Shown here in pieces: positions 36,176 through 50,000 of a stretch of 64,000 bases of DNA. The position numbers and the translations under genes were made by a program. This stretch comes from Anthoceros angustus (taxonomy: Eukaryota; Plantae; Anthocerotophyta): contig MU008158.1 in assembly GCA_010909165.1 (NCBI GenBank), positions 1,761,478 to 1,825,477 on the forward strand. Reading direction: 5' to 3'. Numbering within the stretch: the first letter of the stretch is position 1; every line of letters starts with the position of its first letter. The notes below the pieces were generated by a model. It searched no databases. It was not told the origin of the DNA and was given only the letters and a program-made list of their open reading frames with translations.

Positions 36176-38460
36176 TGTGGCGTGACTTTGTCATGGCGTA
36201 AGGCGCACAATCCCGCGTGTCGTTGTAGTAAGGAGTCCGCTCCCAAGAGAATGATCGCCCGCTTTGCCACGTTTCAATCGTTCCTCACCTTACTTAGTAG
36301 TTAGGTCTCAACACGCCTATTTATCGTTTCACCTAACTTTACCCAAGCGTTCAGAGCTGGCGGTGCGAAACGCTTAAGGACCCGTCACGTCCGTGTCGTT
36401 CAAGTTCGCTCATCCATCTAGTCCTTTCCTCTCACCCACACTACACTCATCGTCCTTGGGGAAAACGGTGGCTACGCGGTCCGGACCTCCTCCGCGCTCT
36501 GCAGCCTCTCCGCCTGCTCAGAGACGCCCTCCGGAGTTCCTCCGCTCACGTCCGGCCTCAGTCACAGCCAGCCTGCAGGCAGCAAGGGTCCCTAGGCGCC
36601 CATTCTGCACACACCACCACACACCACCACACGTTAGGGGTCGTCACCAAGACCTTGACTGCCTCGGTGTCGGCCGCTCAGTGACTCAGACTGCGTTAAC
36701 AAGAAGGCACCCAAGAGCTCGCTGTGACGCTGCATCAACACCAAGAGAAAGATGCTTTTATTCAGAAAGCCTCGCCCTCTTATACTACGCCAAGGTCACG
36801 GCTTATTACACCTCTATTCATGAGGGGCGACTCATTTCTTCCCCTAATCGGCCGCTTACTATTCTCCCTATTCCTCCTATCTCCGGCCGATTGGGTGGGA
36901 TTGCTCTTGGCACCGGCCCAAAGCCCAGCCTTGCGCAGGCGCACCAATCGGATGATCTGCGAGGCGGGACCCCTACCTCCCGAGTGCGTCTGCGCTCGGC
37001 GGCCGGCTGACAAACGTCTGCTAAGTCCTCCTCCTCCTCCTCTCTTATCTCTGGCGGGCCCTGCGAAGGGCCCTCCAAGAGATGGATCTGGGCTGGTGAT
37101 CGGTGGCTCTCCCACTCCACAGTGACCTCGGGACCCGTCTCGACTCGGGAGTCCGGACCTCTAGGTCCGCCTTCCTCTCTGGGTCCGGGTCCCGTGTCCG
37201 GCCTTCTTCTCTCGAGTTCGGACCTCGGGGTCCCGGATTGCCTCTAGGGTCCACTTCGGGCCCAACCCTTCCTTGGAGTCCTGGACCTCGGTCGGTCAAG
37301 TCTGAGGGACCTCTAAGTCCGCCTTCCTTGAGTCCGGACCTCTAGGTCCGCCTTCCTTGAGTCCGGACAAAGTCCGGACCCACTCTGGTTTTGCCTCCTC
37401 ACCGGGCTGATCACTGCCTCACCCACGAGCCCTCCCTTGGTTCCCGAAAGTGCCCGGTTGCGCCCTTCCTTTGCCTTCCCAGGCCTTCTTCTCGAGTTCG
37501 GACCTCGGGGTCCGGACTTGCCTCTAGGGTCCGCCTCGGGCCCAACCCTTCCTTGGAGTCCTGACCAGTGGTCCGGCCTGTCTAGAGGGACCTCAAGTCC
37601 GCCTTCCTTCAATGACTGATTCGGCTTTCCTCGGGAGTCCGGACAAAGTCCGGACCCCACGCTCTCACTTTGCCTCCTCACCGGGCTGATCACGGGCTCA
37701 CCCAGCCCTCCCTTGGTTCCCGAAAGTGCCCGGTTGCGCCCCTTCCATCGCCTTCCCAGGGCCCTCCTCCTTCCGTGCCCAAGTGCAGTGCTTACCTTGC
37801 AAGTGACCTTCCTCCGTCACTCCTCCCACTCCACGAGTGCAGGACCTCGTGGACCCTGATCTCGACTCGGTCCGGACCTCTAGGTCCGCCTTCCCCTCTG
37901 AGGGTCCGGGTCCCGTGTCCCAGGCCTTCTTCTCGAGTTCGGGACCCTGGGTCCGGAACTGCCTCTAGGGTCCGGGGTCTTCGGGCCCAACCCTTCCTTG
38001 GAGTCCTGACCTCGGGGTCCGGGTCCGGACCTCTAAGTCCGCCTTCCTTGAGGCGGCCAGGATTCGGCTTTCCTCAGGAGTCCGGACAAAGTCCGGACCC
38101 ACGGGCTCCTGGTTTTGCCTCCTCACCGGGCTGATCACGGGCTCACCCACTGAGCCCTCCCTTGGTTCCCGAAAGTGCCCGGTTGCGCCCCTTCCACGGC
38201 CTCCCCAGGGCCCTCCTCCCTTCCTTCCGTGGAGGTGCAGTGCTTACCTTGCAAGTGACCCTTCCCTCCGTCAGGCTCCTCCGCCGCCTCCCTGCGCTGC
38301 TGTTGTCATCAAACAAGCAGCTCCTAGGTCCCGTGGTTGCGCTGTCCCCGGGTCCTTCCTCCCTCGCTCCTCCTTCCGACCTTGAAGTCGCTCACACCTT
38401 GTGGTGCCTAAGAGATGCCCAGTTACAACCCGGTGCATCTCACGGAGGATCCCAGCAATG
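36176..38460 (-). mobile_element. Inverted, 5'-truncated family-A LTR fragment inserted in element B
   Basis: Reverse complement ends AAAGTCACGCCACA at 36176. Homologous to 46200-46858 and 57500-58783. Internal sub-repeats at 37398, 37677 and 38122. Confidence 0.72.
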
Positions 38461-41400
38461 GCACCTTTACAACGGAGAGGGTGGAACGAGACCAGGAGGA
38501 TGACTTTCAAGATGAGGCCCTGTTTGCAGTAGAAGTGGAGGGCGAGAGGGCCAAACCCACCGAGAGGGGAAGGCGAGGATGGCCTCAATGAGAAGGGGAA
38601 AAAGCTTCACAAAATGACGATCCGGAAATTTGTGAGCTCTGGCATGGCCAAATTCTCAAAACCTCTAAGGTCAGGGCTACGGACTTCCTTGGGGTTAGGA
38701 ATAAGTGGGGTTTTGTTTTTTGTAGGTTGGAATAGTAAAATAAGGCGGAAAAGGAGGAATAAGCACGGATGGCGCCTGGACGGACTCCGGAGTAAGCAAC
38801 GGACCCCACCACTATGGAAACTCGGACTACACTCGAGCAAGTCCGAGAAGCTCGGATACCCTTAGTCTGGGTAAGTCCGGACCCCACTCCGGGTCGAAAG
38901 GATAAATGCGCCGGGAAAGCAACTTTGAATTGAGTCGAGAGGATGACTAGGCGGCGCCACGTGACGGCCCCGAGTGGAGGACGAGCATGCAAGCAGTTGT
39001 GACAGTAGCCAAGCGTTAAGGGCAGTATTCACGCCCGGCAAGCAAGGAGTACAGAGTACGCCATATACAGAGTAAGCAACAACAGAGGGACAAAGTAAGC
39101 CATGCACTTCAACATGGACAGAAGAGCCGCCTTCCGTGGCCAAGCATTACTCAAGAAAGAGCGGGGAAGTCATTCTCCCAAACCTCTGCGCTGATTCTCG
39201 CCTCCCTCGCCCTCCGACATCCGGCTCATGGAGTCTCTTGCGCCAAGGTGTCCCCACGCCGCGATTTCGACGGAGGAGCTAACGAACGGAGGAGAGGAGC
39301 GCAGCGACGCCTCAAATTCCGTGAGCAAGGCACAAGCAAGACGACGGGCGATGGCACCCAAGAAAGCGCTTGAGGAGGTAAGCGTGGCCCTCGGAGGAGC
39401 GCAACATTGTGACAGGGCGCTACCCCGACTTTGGTCCATGGCTCGAGGAGGCGGAGGGACTGGTCGAGTGGCACTGGACATCTTCCGTGCGGTCTGGACC
39501 TATGATAGGCCACCATGGTCCGAGAATACGCCCAAGATGTCGCGGTGGCAAGGAAGGAGGTCCGCTCAGAACTTATGGAGGACCCAAAAGATGGACGGTG
39601 GAAGTCCCGAGGCGCCTATCGCCGCCCAAAGGAGGAGGTAGGAGGTGTGGTGCGAGCCCTCAAGGTAAAGGGAAGGTGGAAGCGGCTAAGGCGGCCTCCC
39701 ACGCCTGTGGACACAGCGATCCTCGATGGTCGCCCGGAGCTCCCGGACAAGAGGGTAGGCGGCAGGGCGAAAATAATCGCCCATCGGAACATGCCGACCA
39801 AGGTGGATCACCTTGGTGATAATCACCGGTCTTCCTCCACGACCTGCAAAAAGGCAAGCGCGCAGATTGGGGGAAGATAATTCACGGAAGGATCAGTCAG
39901 GAGGCGCGCAAACTGAGGTGTGAGAAGCCACCTCCATCGGCGCTGACGCCGTTCTTGATCCATGTATGGGGGCACGCGGACCTCCTGAAGAAGGGTGAGG
40001 AGGAACGAGCCCTGAAGAAAGGGTTGGCTGCCCTACCGGAGGTGGAGGGAGAAGGCCAGGAAGCAGAGGTCCGGCCAGTCCAAAGCAAGAGGGTCCGGGA
40101 GGAAGACGACTGGGAAGGCATTCCGGACTCCATACGCTTGGAACGGACTCCCTCGCCACCTAGGGAAGTTTGGGAGGAGATTCCCCCTTCCCTCCTTTTG
40201 GTGCCCTCCGAGCCAAGACAGGAGGAAGCTGGCAGAAGGGCGCGGCTCCAAGACCGCCGGATAGCCAACAACCACGACGGTGCCGAACCCCGACAAACTC
40301 GGGAGTCAAGAGGCTAAGACGGTGCCGCTTACCAACGCAAAGACCTCGAAGGTGCCGGACTTACCCCGCCCACGGAGTGGCAAGAGTCAAGAGGCGGTAA
40401 GGAGGCGAAAGGGATGCCCAAGGAGCGGAGGTCACCGGCAGCCACCCGAGCCATCCTGCCTCTGTGGAGAGGCAAAGAGCCTGACTCTCACCCCTCCGAA
40501 GCCCTGTGAGAAAGAGGGCACAAAGGAGCAGAGGCCTGAGGGCCAAGGAGGGTGAGGTCCCGACTACACCACTCGACTTGAGGTCCCGACAGGTCCGAGA
40601 ACCCACCCCGACTCCCGGATCTGGTATGGAGGTCCTGACGGACCGAGATGCCGCGCCCACCAAGGACTTCCCTCACATCTGTGGCCGTGGAAGAAACACG
40701 AGTCTTAGCTACCGCCATGGACGGAATGTTGGGGCCTCGTGCAGAGAAGGCCCAGTGGAGGCCACCCGAGGAGGATGGTGGAACCCAAGAGCAAGTGAAG
40801 GCCCGAGGCAAAGGAAAGGCGGAGTCCCTCGCCGGATCGAGGAAGGAAACGCGGCGGAGCGCGAGGCCCGAGCGTCAGACGACAAGGCTCTTCACCACGC
40901 GTACAAAGCAAGCAGGAGGCCCAAGCGGCCGAGGACCTTGCAAAGGCGAGGTCGGAAGGAAGCGGAGGAGGCGAGGCGGCGGAGGCGGCGAGGCGGAGGC
41001 GGCGGCTAGACCTACACCAAGCCCGTGAGGCTAAGGTGAAGGCGGCGAGGCGGAAGCCGCGAAAGAGTCGAGGATCACCACCGACGTGATCGGGCCGGTG
41101 GAGGAGAAGGCCGAGGCTAACTAAGGCCGCACTGATGGAGCAAGGGTAACTCGGGAAGGGAGATGGAGGCCAAGACTCGGGAGATAGGAGATCTCCGAGC
41201 ACCGCAGGAAGTAGAGGAGGCGGCGAGATGGAGGACAAGAAGGACACGCTGGAGCTACAACCCAAGATGCGCTTGAGCAGTGATTCTCAACGAGAGAATC
41301 CACGACTTGAGCACGAAATAGAGTGCCATCCGTCTCAAGACGGAGGAAAATCGGCGACTATCCAAGGAGTTGGACGCTGCCAGTGCGAAGGCGGAAGAAG

Positions 41401-44400
41401 CCGGTCGGATGGATATACCGGTCCGATTGGAGAGGAGGCGGACCCAATGAACGAGGAGGAGGAGCGCGAGGAGAAGCTGCCCTTATCCAAGGAGAAAGGG
41501 GAGCCGGGCTCCATGGCGGGCCATGGCGGCAACGATAAAGGGAGGAGGAGCGGAGCGGGGAGCAAAGGCTGCAGGAGGTGAGTCCGGACCACACCAGGAC
41601 TTGAGGTCCCTGACCACGAGGTCCGGACTCGCTCCGGGGCTGTGTATGGCGGTCCTTGACGGACCGAGATGCCGCGCCCACCAAGGATTTCTGGGCATCT
41701 CCCAGTGGCCGTGGAGGAGACACGGCGGTCTTAGCTTCGTCATGGGCGGTATGTTGTGGGGCCTCGTGCAGAGAAGGCCCGAGGAAGTGGAGGCCACTCG
41801 GAGGAGGATGGTGGAGCTCAAGGCGGTGGGGCCGGAGGCAAGGAAAGGCGAGTCCCTCGCTCGGATCGAGGAAGGAAAGCAGCAGGCGGCGGAGGCGGCG
41901 AGGCGGCGGAGGCGGAGGTCCGGACCAAGGCTCTTGACTACATGAGCAGTGAAACAAGCCGAGGCCCAAGCAGTGAGGACCTCTGCAAGCGTGGCGGAGG
42001 TCGGAAGGAAGCGGAGGAGGAGCAGCGGCAGGCGGCGCCGCGACTTGGCGGCGGGCGGCTAGACCTACACCAAGCCGGTGAGGCTAAGGTGAAGGCAGCG
42101 GAGGCGGAAGCATGACAAGGTCGGGGATCACTACTGGCGTGATCGGGCCGGTGGAGAGTCGGCGGAGGCGGCCTGCTAACGAAAGGCGTGATGGGCGAGC
42201 AAGGTAACTCGGGAAGGGAGATGGAGGCCAGCACTCGGGAGATAGGAGATCTCAGTGCAGTGCGAAGTAGAGGCGGCGAGATGGAGGGCAGCAGGACAGC
42301 TGGAGCTACAACTCCAAGATGCGTCGGGCGGTGATTCTCAGCAGGAGAATCCACGACTTGAGCACGAAATAGAGTGCCTCCAGCTCCGTCGAAGGCGGAG
42401 GAAAATCGGCGACTATCGAGAGTTGGGCGTTGCCGGTGCGAAGGAAGCGGAAGAAGCCGGTCGGATGGATATACGGTCCGATTGGAGAGGAGGTGGCGGA
42501 CCTTGAGTGCAGGTAAGCGGAGGAGGCGCTAGAGGAGGCTCCTTATCCGATTACGGGAGGCGGAAGGGGCTGGGCTCCATGGCGGTCGATTGGTGAGCTC
42601 TGACAAAGGGAGGAGGGCGTTGGCGGCGCTGCGAGGTGTCGGAGGCGCTTTGGTGGCTTCAAAGTGCCGGCGGTTGGCAAGCTGGCGGCGGAGGCAGCGT
42701 GGGCGAACAACACTCCTAACACTTATGGCGAGGGAGACGGTGCCCGCACACGTGGAAGAGGCAATTCAACAAGTCGACCACCGCCTACCAGGCACCTCGA
42801 AGGTGCGGTACCCTTACCACCTTGCAGGTGTAGCGAAGAGGCGGTGAGGAGGCGAGAAGGGATCTTGCCCAAGGAGGCGGAGGTCAGCGGCGCATCCGAG
42901 CCGGTCACATCTCCAGGGAGAGGAAAGGACAGCTCTCGGACTCCTTCACCTCAAGCCCGGGGAGAAAGAGGCGGAAAAGGAGCTCGCCGGAGGGCCAAGG
43001 AGGTGAGTCCGGACCACACCAGGACTTGAGGTCCCTGACCACGAGGTCAGGACTCGCTCCGGGGCTGTGTATGGCGGTCCTTGACGGACCGAGATGCCGC
43101 GCCCACCAAGGATTTCTGGGCATCTCCCAGTGGCCGTGGAGGAGACACGGCGGTCTTAGCTTCGTCATGGGCGGTATGTTGTGGGGCCTCGTGCAGAGAA
43201 GGCCCGAGGAAGTGGAGGCCACTCGGAGGAGGATGGTGGAGCTCAAGGCGGTGGGGCCGGAGGCAAGGAAAGGCGAGTCCCTCGCTCGGATCGAGGAAGG
43301 AAAGCAGCAGGCGGCGGAGGCGGCGAGGCGGCGGAGGCGGAGGTCCGGACCAAGGCTCTTGACTACATGAGCAGTGAAACAAGCCGAGGCCCAAGCAGTG
43401 AGGACCTCTGCAAGCGTGGCGGAGGTCGGAAGGAAGCGGAGGAGGAGCAGCGGCAGGCGGCGCCGCGACTTGGCGGCGGGCGGCTAGACCTACACCAAGC
43501 CGGTGAGGCTAAGGTGAAGGCAGCGGAGGCGGAAGCATGACAAGGTCGGGGATCACTACTGGCGTGATCGGGCCGGTGGAGAGTCGGCGGAGGCGGCCTG
43601 CTAACGAAAGGCGTGATGGGCGAGCAAGGTAACTCGGGAAGGGAGATGGAGGCCCGGCACTCGGGAGATAGGAGATCTCAGTGCAGTGCGAAGTAGAGGC
43701 GGCGAGATGGAGGGCAGCAGGACAGCTGGAGCTACAACTCCAAGATGCGTCGGGCGGTGATTCTCAGCAGGAGAATCCACGACTTGAGCACGAAATAGAG
43801 TGCCTCCAGCTCCGTCGAAGGCGGAGGAAAATCGGCGACTATCGAGAGTTGGGCGTTGCCGGTGCGAAGGAAGCGGAAGAAGCCGGTCGGATGGATATAC
43901 CGGTCCGATTGGAGAGGAGGCGGACCCAATGAACGAGGAGGAGGAGCGCGAGGAGAAGCTGCCCTTATCCAAGGAGAAAGGGGAGCCGGGCTCCATGGCG
44001 GGCCATGGCGGCAACGATAAAGGGAGGAGGAGCGGAGCGGGGAGCAAAGGCTGCAGGAGGTGACCGAGGCCGCCTGGCCTCGGAGTCCGCCCCGGCTGGC
44101 AACTGCGACGGAGACGAGCAACGCAACACTCCTAACACTTATGGCGAGGGAGACGGTGCCCGCACACGTGGAAGAGGCAATTCAACAAGTCGACCACCGC
44201 CTACCACGCCGAGCCTGGAGGCACCACGCCACCCCGAGGTCCGGACCTCGAGGTCCGGACCAAGGAAGGCGAGAAGAAGGCCACGGGATAGTGCGGCCAC
44301 GGGGACCTGTGGAGGAGGCGGAGCGAGGAGGAGCGGAACGAGGAGCGGAACGAGGGAGCGCGGCAAGCGGAGGAGGCACCCCGCACCTCACCATGGAAGA

Positions 44401-46861
44401 AGGCCACGGAGGAGTCCCGGGGCGATCGGGAACATGGAAGGACTTCGAGGGAGAGCCACTGAGGAGTCCCGTGAGGGAGGAAACCCGGGGCGCGAGTTCG
44501 ACTGAGGTCCGGACTGAAGGAAGACTGACCCCGAGGTCCCGACTCGGGAAGAAGTCCGGACCACGAGGTCCGGACTCTGAAGGAAGACTGACCGAGGTCC
44601 GGACCCCTGAGACAAGGTCGGACCAGCCAGAAGCCGACTCGGGAGGCGGAGCGAGGAGGCGGCGAGGACCGGCCGGCAAGAAGGAGGAGCCCCTTCGACT
44701 TACGCTTAGGGGAGCAGATAGGTGGCCCCACCGCAAGGGACCTGTGGGAGGCTGGGAGGATGACGCCGTGGTAACGGGCGGTTGTCGACCGCCAGAGCCC
44801 AACCCGATGTGATTGAGAGAGGAGGGCCCGCCTCACGGATCATCCGATTGGGAGCGCCACAACCGTGACGGGGATTGACCACCCATCCCGAGGCGGCCTG
44901 ACCTTCCCACCACACGGAAGGAGATAGGGGAGGAAATAGGATGGTAGGCGGCCGATTAGGTATACCGAGGCCATCACCGTAATAGGGGTGTAAAGACGCC
45001 ACCTTGGGGCGCAGATAAGAGGGCCGAGGCCGCCTAGTAAAGCATCTTTCTTGGTGTTGATGCGCGTTCTTGCGGACCTTTGTGAGTCTTCTTGCTAACG
45101 TGAGTCCCGAGTCACCGAAAGGTGCACGAACCCGGGAGATTGATCAAGGTCCCGTGACGACTTAACGTGGTGGTGTGTGCGGGGAAGGGCGGTGAGGACC
45201 TCTGCAAGCGTGCGGAGGAGGAGGCGCTAGAGGAGGAACAGCGGCTCCTTATCCGATTACAGAGGCGGAAGGAGGCTGGGCTCCATGGCGGTCAGTTGAG
45301 CTGACAAAGGGAGGAGGAGGCGCTAGAGGAGGCGGACAAGGCTGCGGGAGGTGTCGGAGGCCGCTTTGGTGGCTTCAAAGTCTGCCGGCCGGTTGGCAAG
45401 CTGGCGGCGGAGGCAGCGGGCGAACAACACTCCATTTCGGAGCACCTTTGGCGGCAGAGTCTGGGTGCTCCAGGGCCATGTGGAGGAGGCGATTCGGCGG
45501 TCGACTCGACCCGCCCCAGCTGGAGGCACCACGTCACCTCGGCGGGAGGCGGACTTCAGGGGTCGAAGGAGGCGAGGAAGAAGGCCCGGGGATAGTGCGG
45601 CCACGGGGACCTTGGGCGTTGACGGCAGAGGGGTGAGAGGGAGCGGGAGGCGGAGCGAGGAGGCGGCGAATGTGGCGGAGGTAAGCACCGCACCTCACCA
45701 TGGAAGAAGGAGGAGTCGCTTGATCGGGAGCGGAAGGACTCAGGGAGGCCACGGAGGAGTCCCGTGAGGAAGAAACCCGCAGTTCGGACCACGAGGTCCG
45801 GACTCACGAAGGCCGGACCACGAGGTCAGGACTCCAGGAAGGCCGGACCACGAGGTCCGGACCTCGAGAAGAGAGGACCACGAGGTCCGGACCACGAGGT
45901 CGGACCTGGCTGGGACTCGAAATAAGCCGGACTCACGAGTTCGGGAGGCGGAGGCGGACCTCGAGGTCCGGCTGCGGCGATGAGGAGGGAGCCTTGCGCT
46001 AGGGAAGCGGATGGCCGGTGGCCCGGCGAGGACCAGGAGGCCGAGGAGGATGACGTCGTAATGTGGCGGTTGTCGACGCCGCCGGTAACAACGGCGAGGA
46101 TTCGGGAGAGAGGAGGGCCCGCCTCACGGATCATCCGATTGGGAGCGCCACAAGCTGTCGGGAGATTGGACCACCCATCCCGAGGCGGAACCAGTCTTCG
46201 CCCCACAGCAGGAGATAGGGGAGGAAATAGGATGGTAGGCGATTAGGGCATCTTGGTGGCCATCAGCTCGAATAGGGGTGTAATAAAGGCGCCGACCTTG
46301 GGCGTAGTATAAGAGAGGCGCTCTAGTAAAATATCTTTCTCTTGGTGTTGATGCAGCGTTCTTGCGGACCCTTGGGCGTCTTCTTGCTAGCGAGTCACGA
46401 GTCCGGCGGGCACGGCGACTCGGGAGGCAGTCAAGGTCTGATGACGGACTTAGCGTGTGGTGGTGTGTGCGGGGAAGGGCGGTGAGGACCCTTGTTCGTC
46501 GAGGCGGTCCAACGCCGAACGACCGAACGCGGTGAGCCGGAGGAACTGGAGGGTGTGCAGAGCCGGACGGAGAGGCCCGAGCAACGAGGAGGTCCGATCA
46601 CAGAACCCGCGCTCTTTTCTATAGTGTAGAGAGGGGCGAGAGGAACGGATCAAGAAACGAGTGACGAACGACGAAAACGGGTCTTAAACGCTTGGCCACA
46701 CCGGCCCGTCGGTGAACGCAGTGTAGTTGAGGAGTGTGAAGTGGACCCAAGAAAGGTGAGAATCACCAACGCTAAACGGAGCCTATCATTCCTTTGGGAA
46801 CGGACTTCTACCACAACGACACGGATTGTGCGCTACCGCCATCGAAAGTCGCACCACATTT

Positions 46862-46876
46862 TGGCGCTGCCGGGAA
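46862..46876 (+). other. Primer-binding site, tRNA-Asp type (Athila-like); second copy at 48002
   Basis: CCACA-TTT-TGGCGCTGCCGGGA here and CCACA-TTT-TGGCGCCGTT at 48002, compared with the Athila PBS TGGCGCCGTTGCCGGGGA. Confidence 0.75.
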
Positions 46877-47095
46877 TGAAATCGTCTGCAAGCGTGGATG
46901 CGTGGAGGGCGTGAGGTAGTTAAGGACGGTGCTAAGAGAGCCGGACGCCAGATCGCCAGAGCGCCCGAGCGCAGAACGTGAAAGAGACGAGCTCGGCGAG
47001 GACACCGCCCACGAAGTGCGGTGGACTTGTCGGATCGTGAGGAAGAAGTAGCACCACGCCAACGAAGGTAGGAGCGCCTCAACCCACCGGGCACG

Positions 47096-50000
47096 ATGGC
47101 AACAACGCCACTCAAGCGCATCTATATTGGAGGAAGAAGGAGATGCGAGACCTTTGTGGAGGATTTCGTGTCCAAAGCCAACTTCAATGGGGAGGGATCG
47201 ATGCACACCATCCAAATTTCCAAGGGGTTCTCCGAGGGGCTCAATGGTACCGGAGAAAGTACCCACCACCGAGAATGCCCCACCCGCAACCTTCGCTTGA
47301 AGGATGCCTTCTTGAACGATTCCGTGGAATTGACCAAGAAGGCTACGCCTTGTCCAAACTCGAGAACTCAAGCGCAAGACGGAGAAGTTGGGATCAGACA
47401 TCGAGCGGTTCTATGCCCGAGATCGACATCCAACCCATACCACGATGCAAGCGACGTGGTTCGGCTTAGCCTAAGCCATGGCTAAACACGTCTTTGCTTG
47501 GCGAGAAAGATGGGCAAGGCGGTCGGGCGGAGAATTACGAAGAATCGATCAATAAAAACCGAGGAGGCAGGAGAAAGAAGAAGAAGAAACGGGGTTCGGA
47601 CTGAGGAGGAAGAGTCTAAGAGGAGGATGATGAGACCGAGGTGTCGGAGGAGGAGGAAGAGGACTGAGAAGAACGAGGATGCCATGGAAGAAGAAGTATC
47701 CCCGCAAGAAATAAGAAGAAAAAGCCCGAAAAGAAGCGAGGGTGGAAGAAGGAGGTTATGATACCGACCGGGCGAGAGGTTCACGACCCAACCTGAAAGA
47801 AGGAGGGGCCGAGGAAGATTTGGAACGGGTGATGAAGAGGGTGGAGGAGTTGACGATCAACCAAGTGTTAAGGTGAAGTGGACCCAAGAAAGGTGAGAAT
47901 CGGTGAGCGCGGCAAGCGGAGCTATCATTCTCTCTTGGGAGCGGACTCCATACCACAACGACACGGATTGTGCGCGGCTGTCCATCGGTCGCGCCACATT
48001 TTGGCGCCGTTAAATGAAATCGTTCGTAAAGCGTGGATGCGTGGAGGGCGTGAGGTAGTTAAGGACGGTGCTAAGAGAGGCGGACGTTGTGGCCAGGCTC
48101 CGGCGCGAGCCACGTGAAAGGCGGCGAGCTCGGCGAGGACACCCACGGGTAAGTCACGGTGGACTTGTCGGATCGTGAGGAAGAAGTAGCACCACGCCCG
48201 GGCGGAGTAAGGGGCGGTTCCTCAAACTTTGCGGCGCGACGATGGCAACAACGTCGACCAAGCAAGCGTACTCCCTCTTTGGAGGTAAGAAGGAGAGAGC
48301 GAAACCTTTGGAGGATTTCGTGTCGCGGCGAACTTCAATGGGGAGGATCGGATGCACTCATCCGGTGTTCCAAGGGTCCTTGGCGGGCGGCTCGGTACCA
48401 GGAAGTATCGGCCAATGCTCAACCTTGAGCGTTGAAGGATGCCTTCAGAACGATTCCGTGGAATTGACCAAGAAGGCTACGTCTGTCCAAACTCGAGAAC
48501 ACAGGCGAGGCGGAGAAGTTGGGATCGTACATCGAGCGGTTCTATGCCCGAGATCGACACCCACCCACACCACCATGCAGTGATACGTTGGTTCGCGGCC
48601 TTACCTAAGCCAATGGCTAAACACGTGCTGCTGTTGGCGAGAAAGATGTGAGCAAGGCGGTCCGGGCGGCGGAGAATTACGAAGAATCGATGCACCAACG
48701 GCGACCGAGGGCGCCTCTAGGAGGAAAGAAGAAGAAGAAGAAACGGGGGTCGGACTCCGAAGATGAAGAGTCCTCGGAAGAGGAGGATGATGAGACTGAG
48801 GTGGCATCGGAGGAGGAGGAAGAGGACTCTGAGGAAGAATCCGAGGATGCCATGGAAGAAGAAGAACCTCGTCGAAGAAATAAGAAGAAAAGCCCGTGGA
48901 GCGGAGGGTGGAAGAAGGAGGTTATGATACACTGCGGTCGAGAGGTTCCTGACCCAACCTCTGAAAGAAGTAGCGAGGAAGATTTGGAACGGGTGATGAA
49001 GAGGGTGGAGGAGTTGACGATCAACCAAGTGAAGGACAAAGAGCGCGGAAAACACCACCACGGCGAACCCATCTCGTGTGCGGTATGCCACCAGATGGGC
49101 ACTCAAAGTAACCCCTCAAGCCGCGGAACCGTGAGTACGATTAGGAGGAGGCCGAGGAATGGGAAGAGGCCTATCAGTGCAAGAAGCCCTCCGGGCCGCG
49201 ATATCCCAAAACCATGTATCCGCCAACCGGAGGTCCATCCATACACCGCCCGATGCAAACCGCATGGGAGCCCTTCGTATCCTCCGCACGGTGGTCTTGG
49301 AACTGTGGGAACCCCGCCATTACTCCAACGCTGTCCCACGCAGGTAATGGAGATTTTGAACTTGTGTGGGGATTGTAAGGAAGGTGGCGGCGATGTGTCC
49401 CAACTCGCTCAAGGTGCGATACGCCACACCAAGGGGAGAAGGACCACCAACGCCACCTCCTAAGACTGCTACAAATTGAGGATGCACAACATGGAGTGGG
49501 AAGAGCCAAGGGATGGAACAAGAAGGTAATGGGGAGGAGAAGGGATCGGAGGAGGAGAAGGGATCGGAGGAGGAGGAAGAAGGAGAGATCAAACCTTCGT
49601 GGAGGATTTCGTGTCCAGCCAACTTCAATGGGGAGGGATCGGATGCACCATCCAATCCAATTCCAGGAACCCGCTGGTACCGGAGAAGTATCCACCCAGA
49701 ATGCCCCGCAACCTTCGGTTTGAAGGATGCCTTCTTGAACGATTCCGTGGAATTGACCAAGAAGGCTACGCCTTGTCCAAACTCGAGAACTCAAGCGCAA
49801 GACGGAGAAGTTGGGATCGACATCGAACGGTACGCCCGAGATCGACATCACCCACACCACCATGCAAGCGGTACGCTGGTTCGCAGCTGGCTTAGCCAAA
49901 CATGGCCACGCCGCGAGAAAGATGTGAGCAAGGCGGTCCGGGCGGAGAATTACGAAGAATCGATGCACCAACGAGGAGGCGCAGGAGGCAAGAAGAAGAA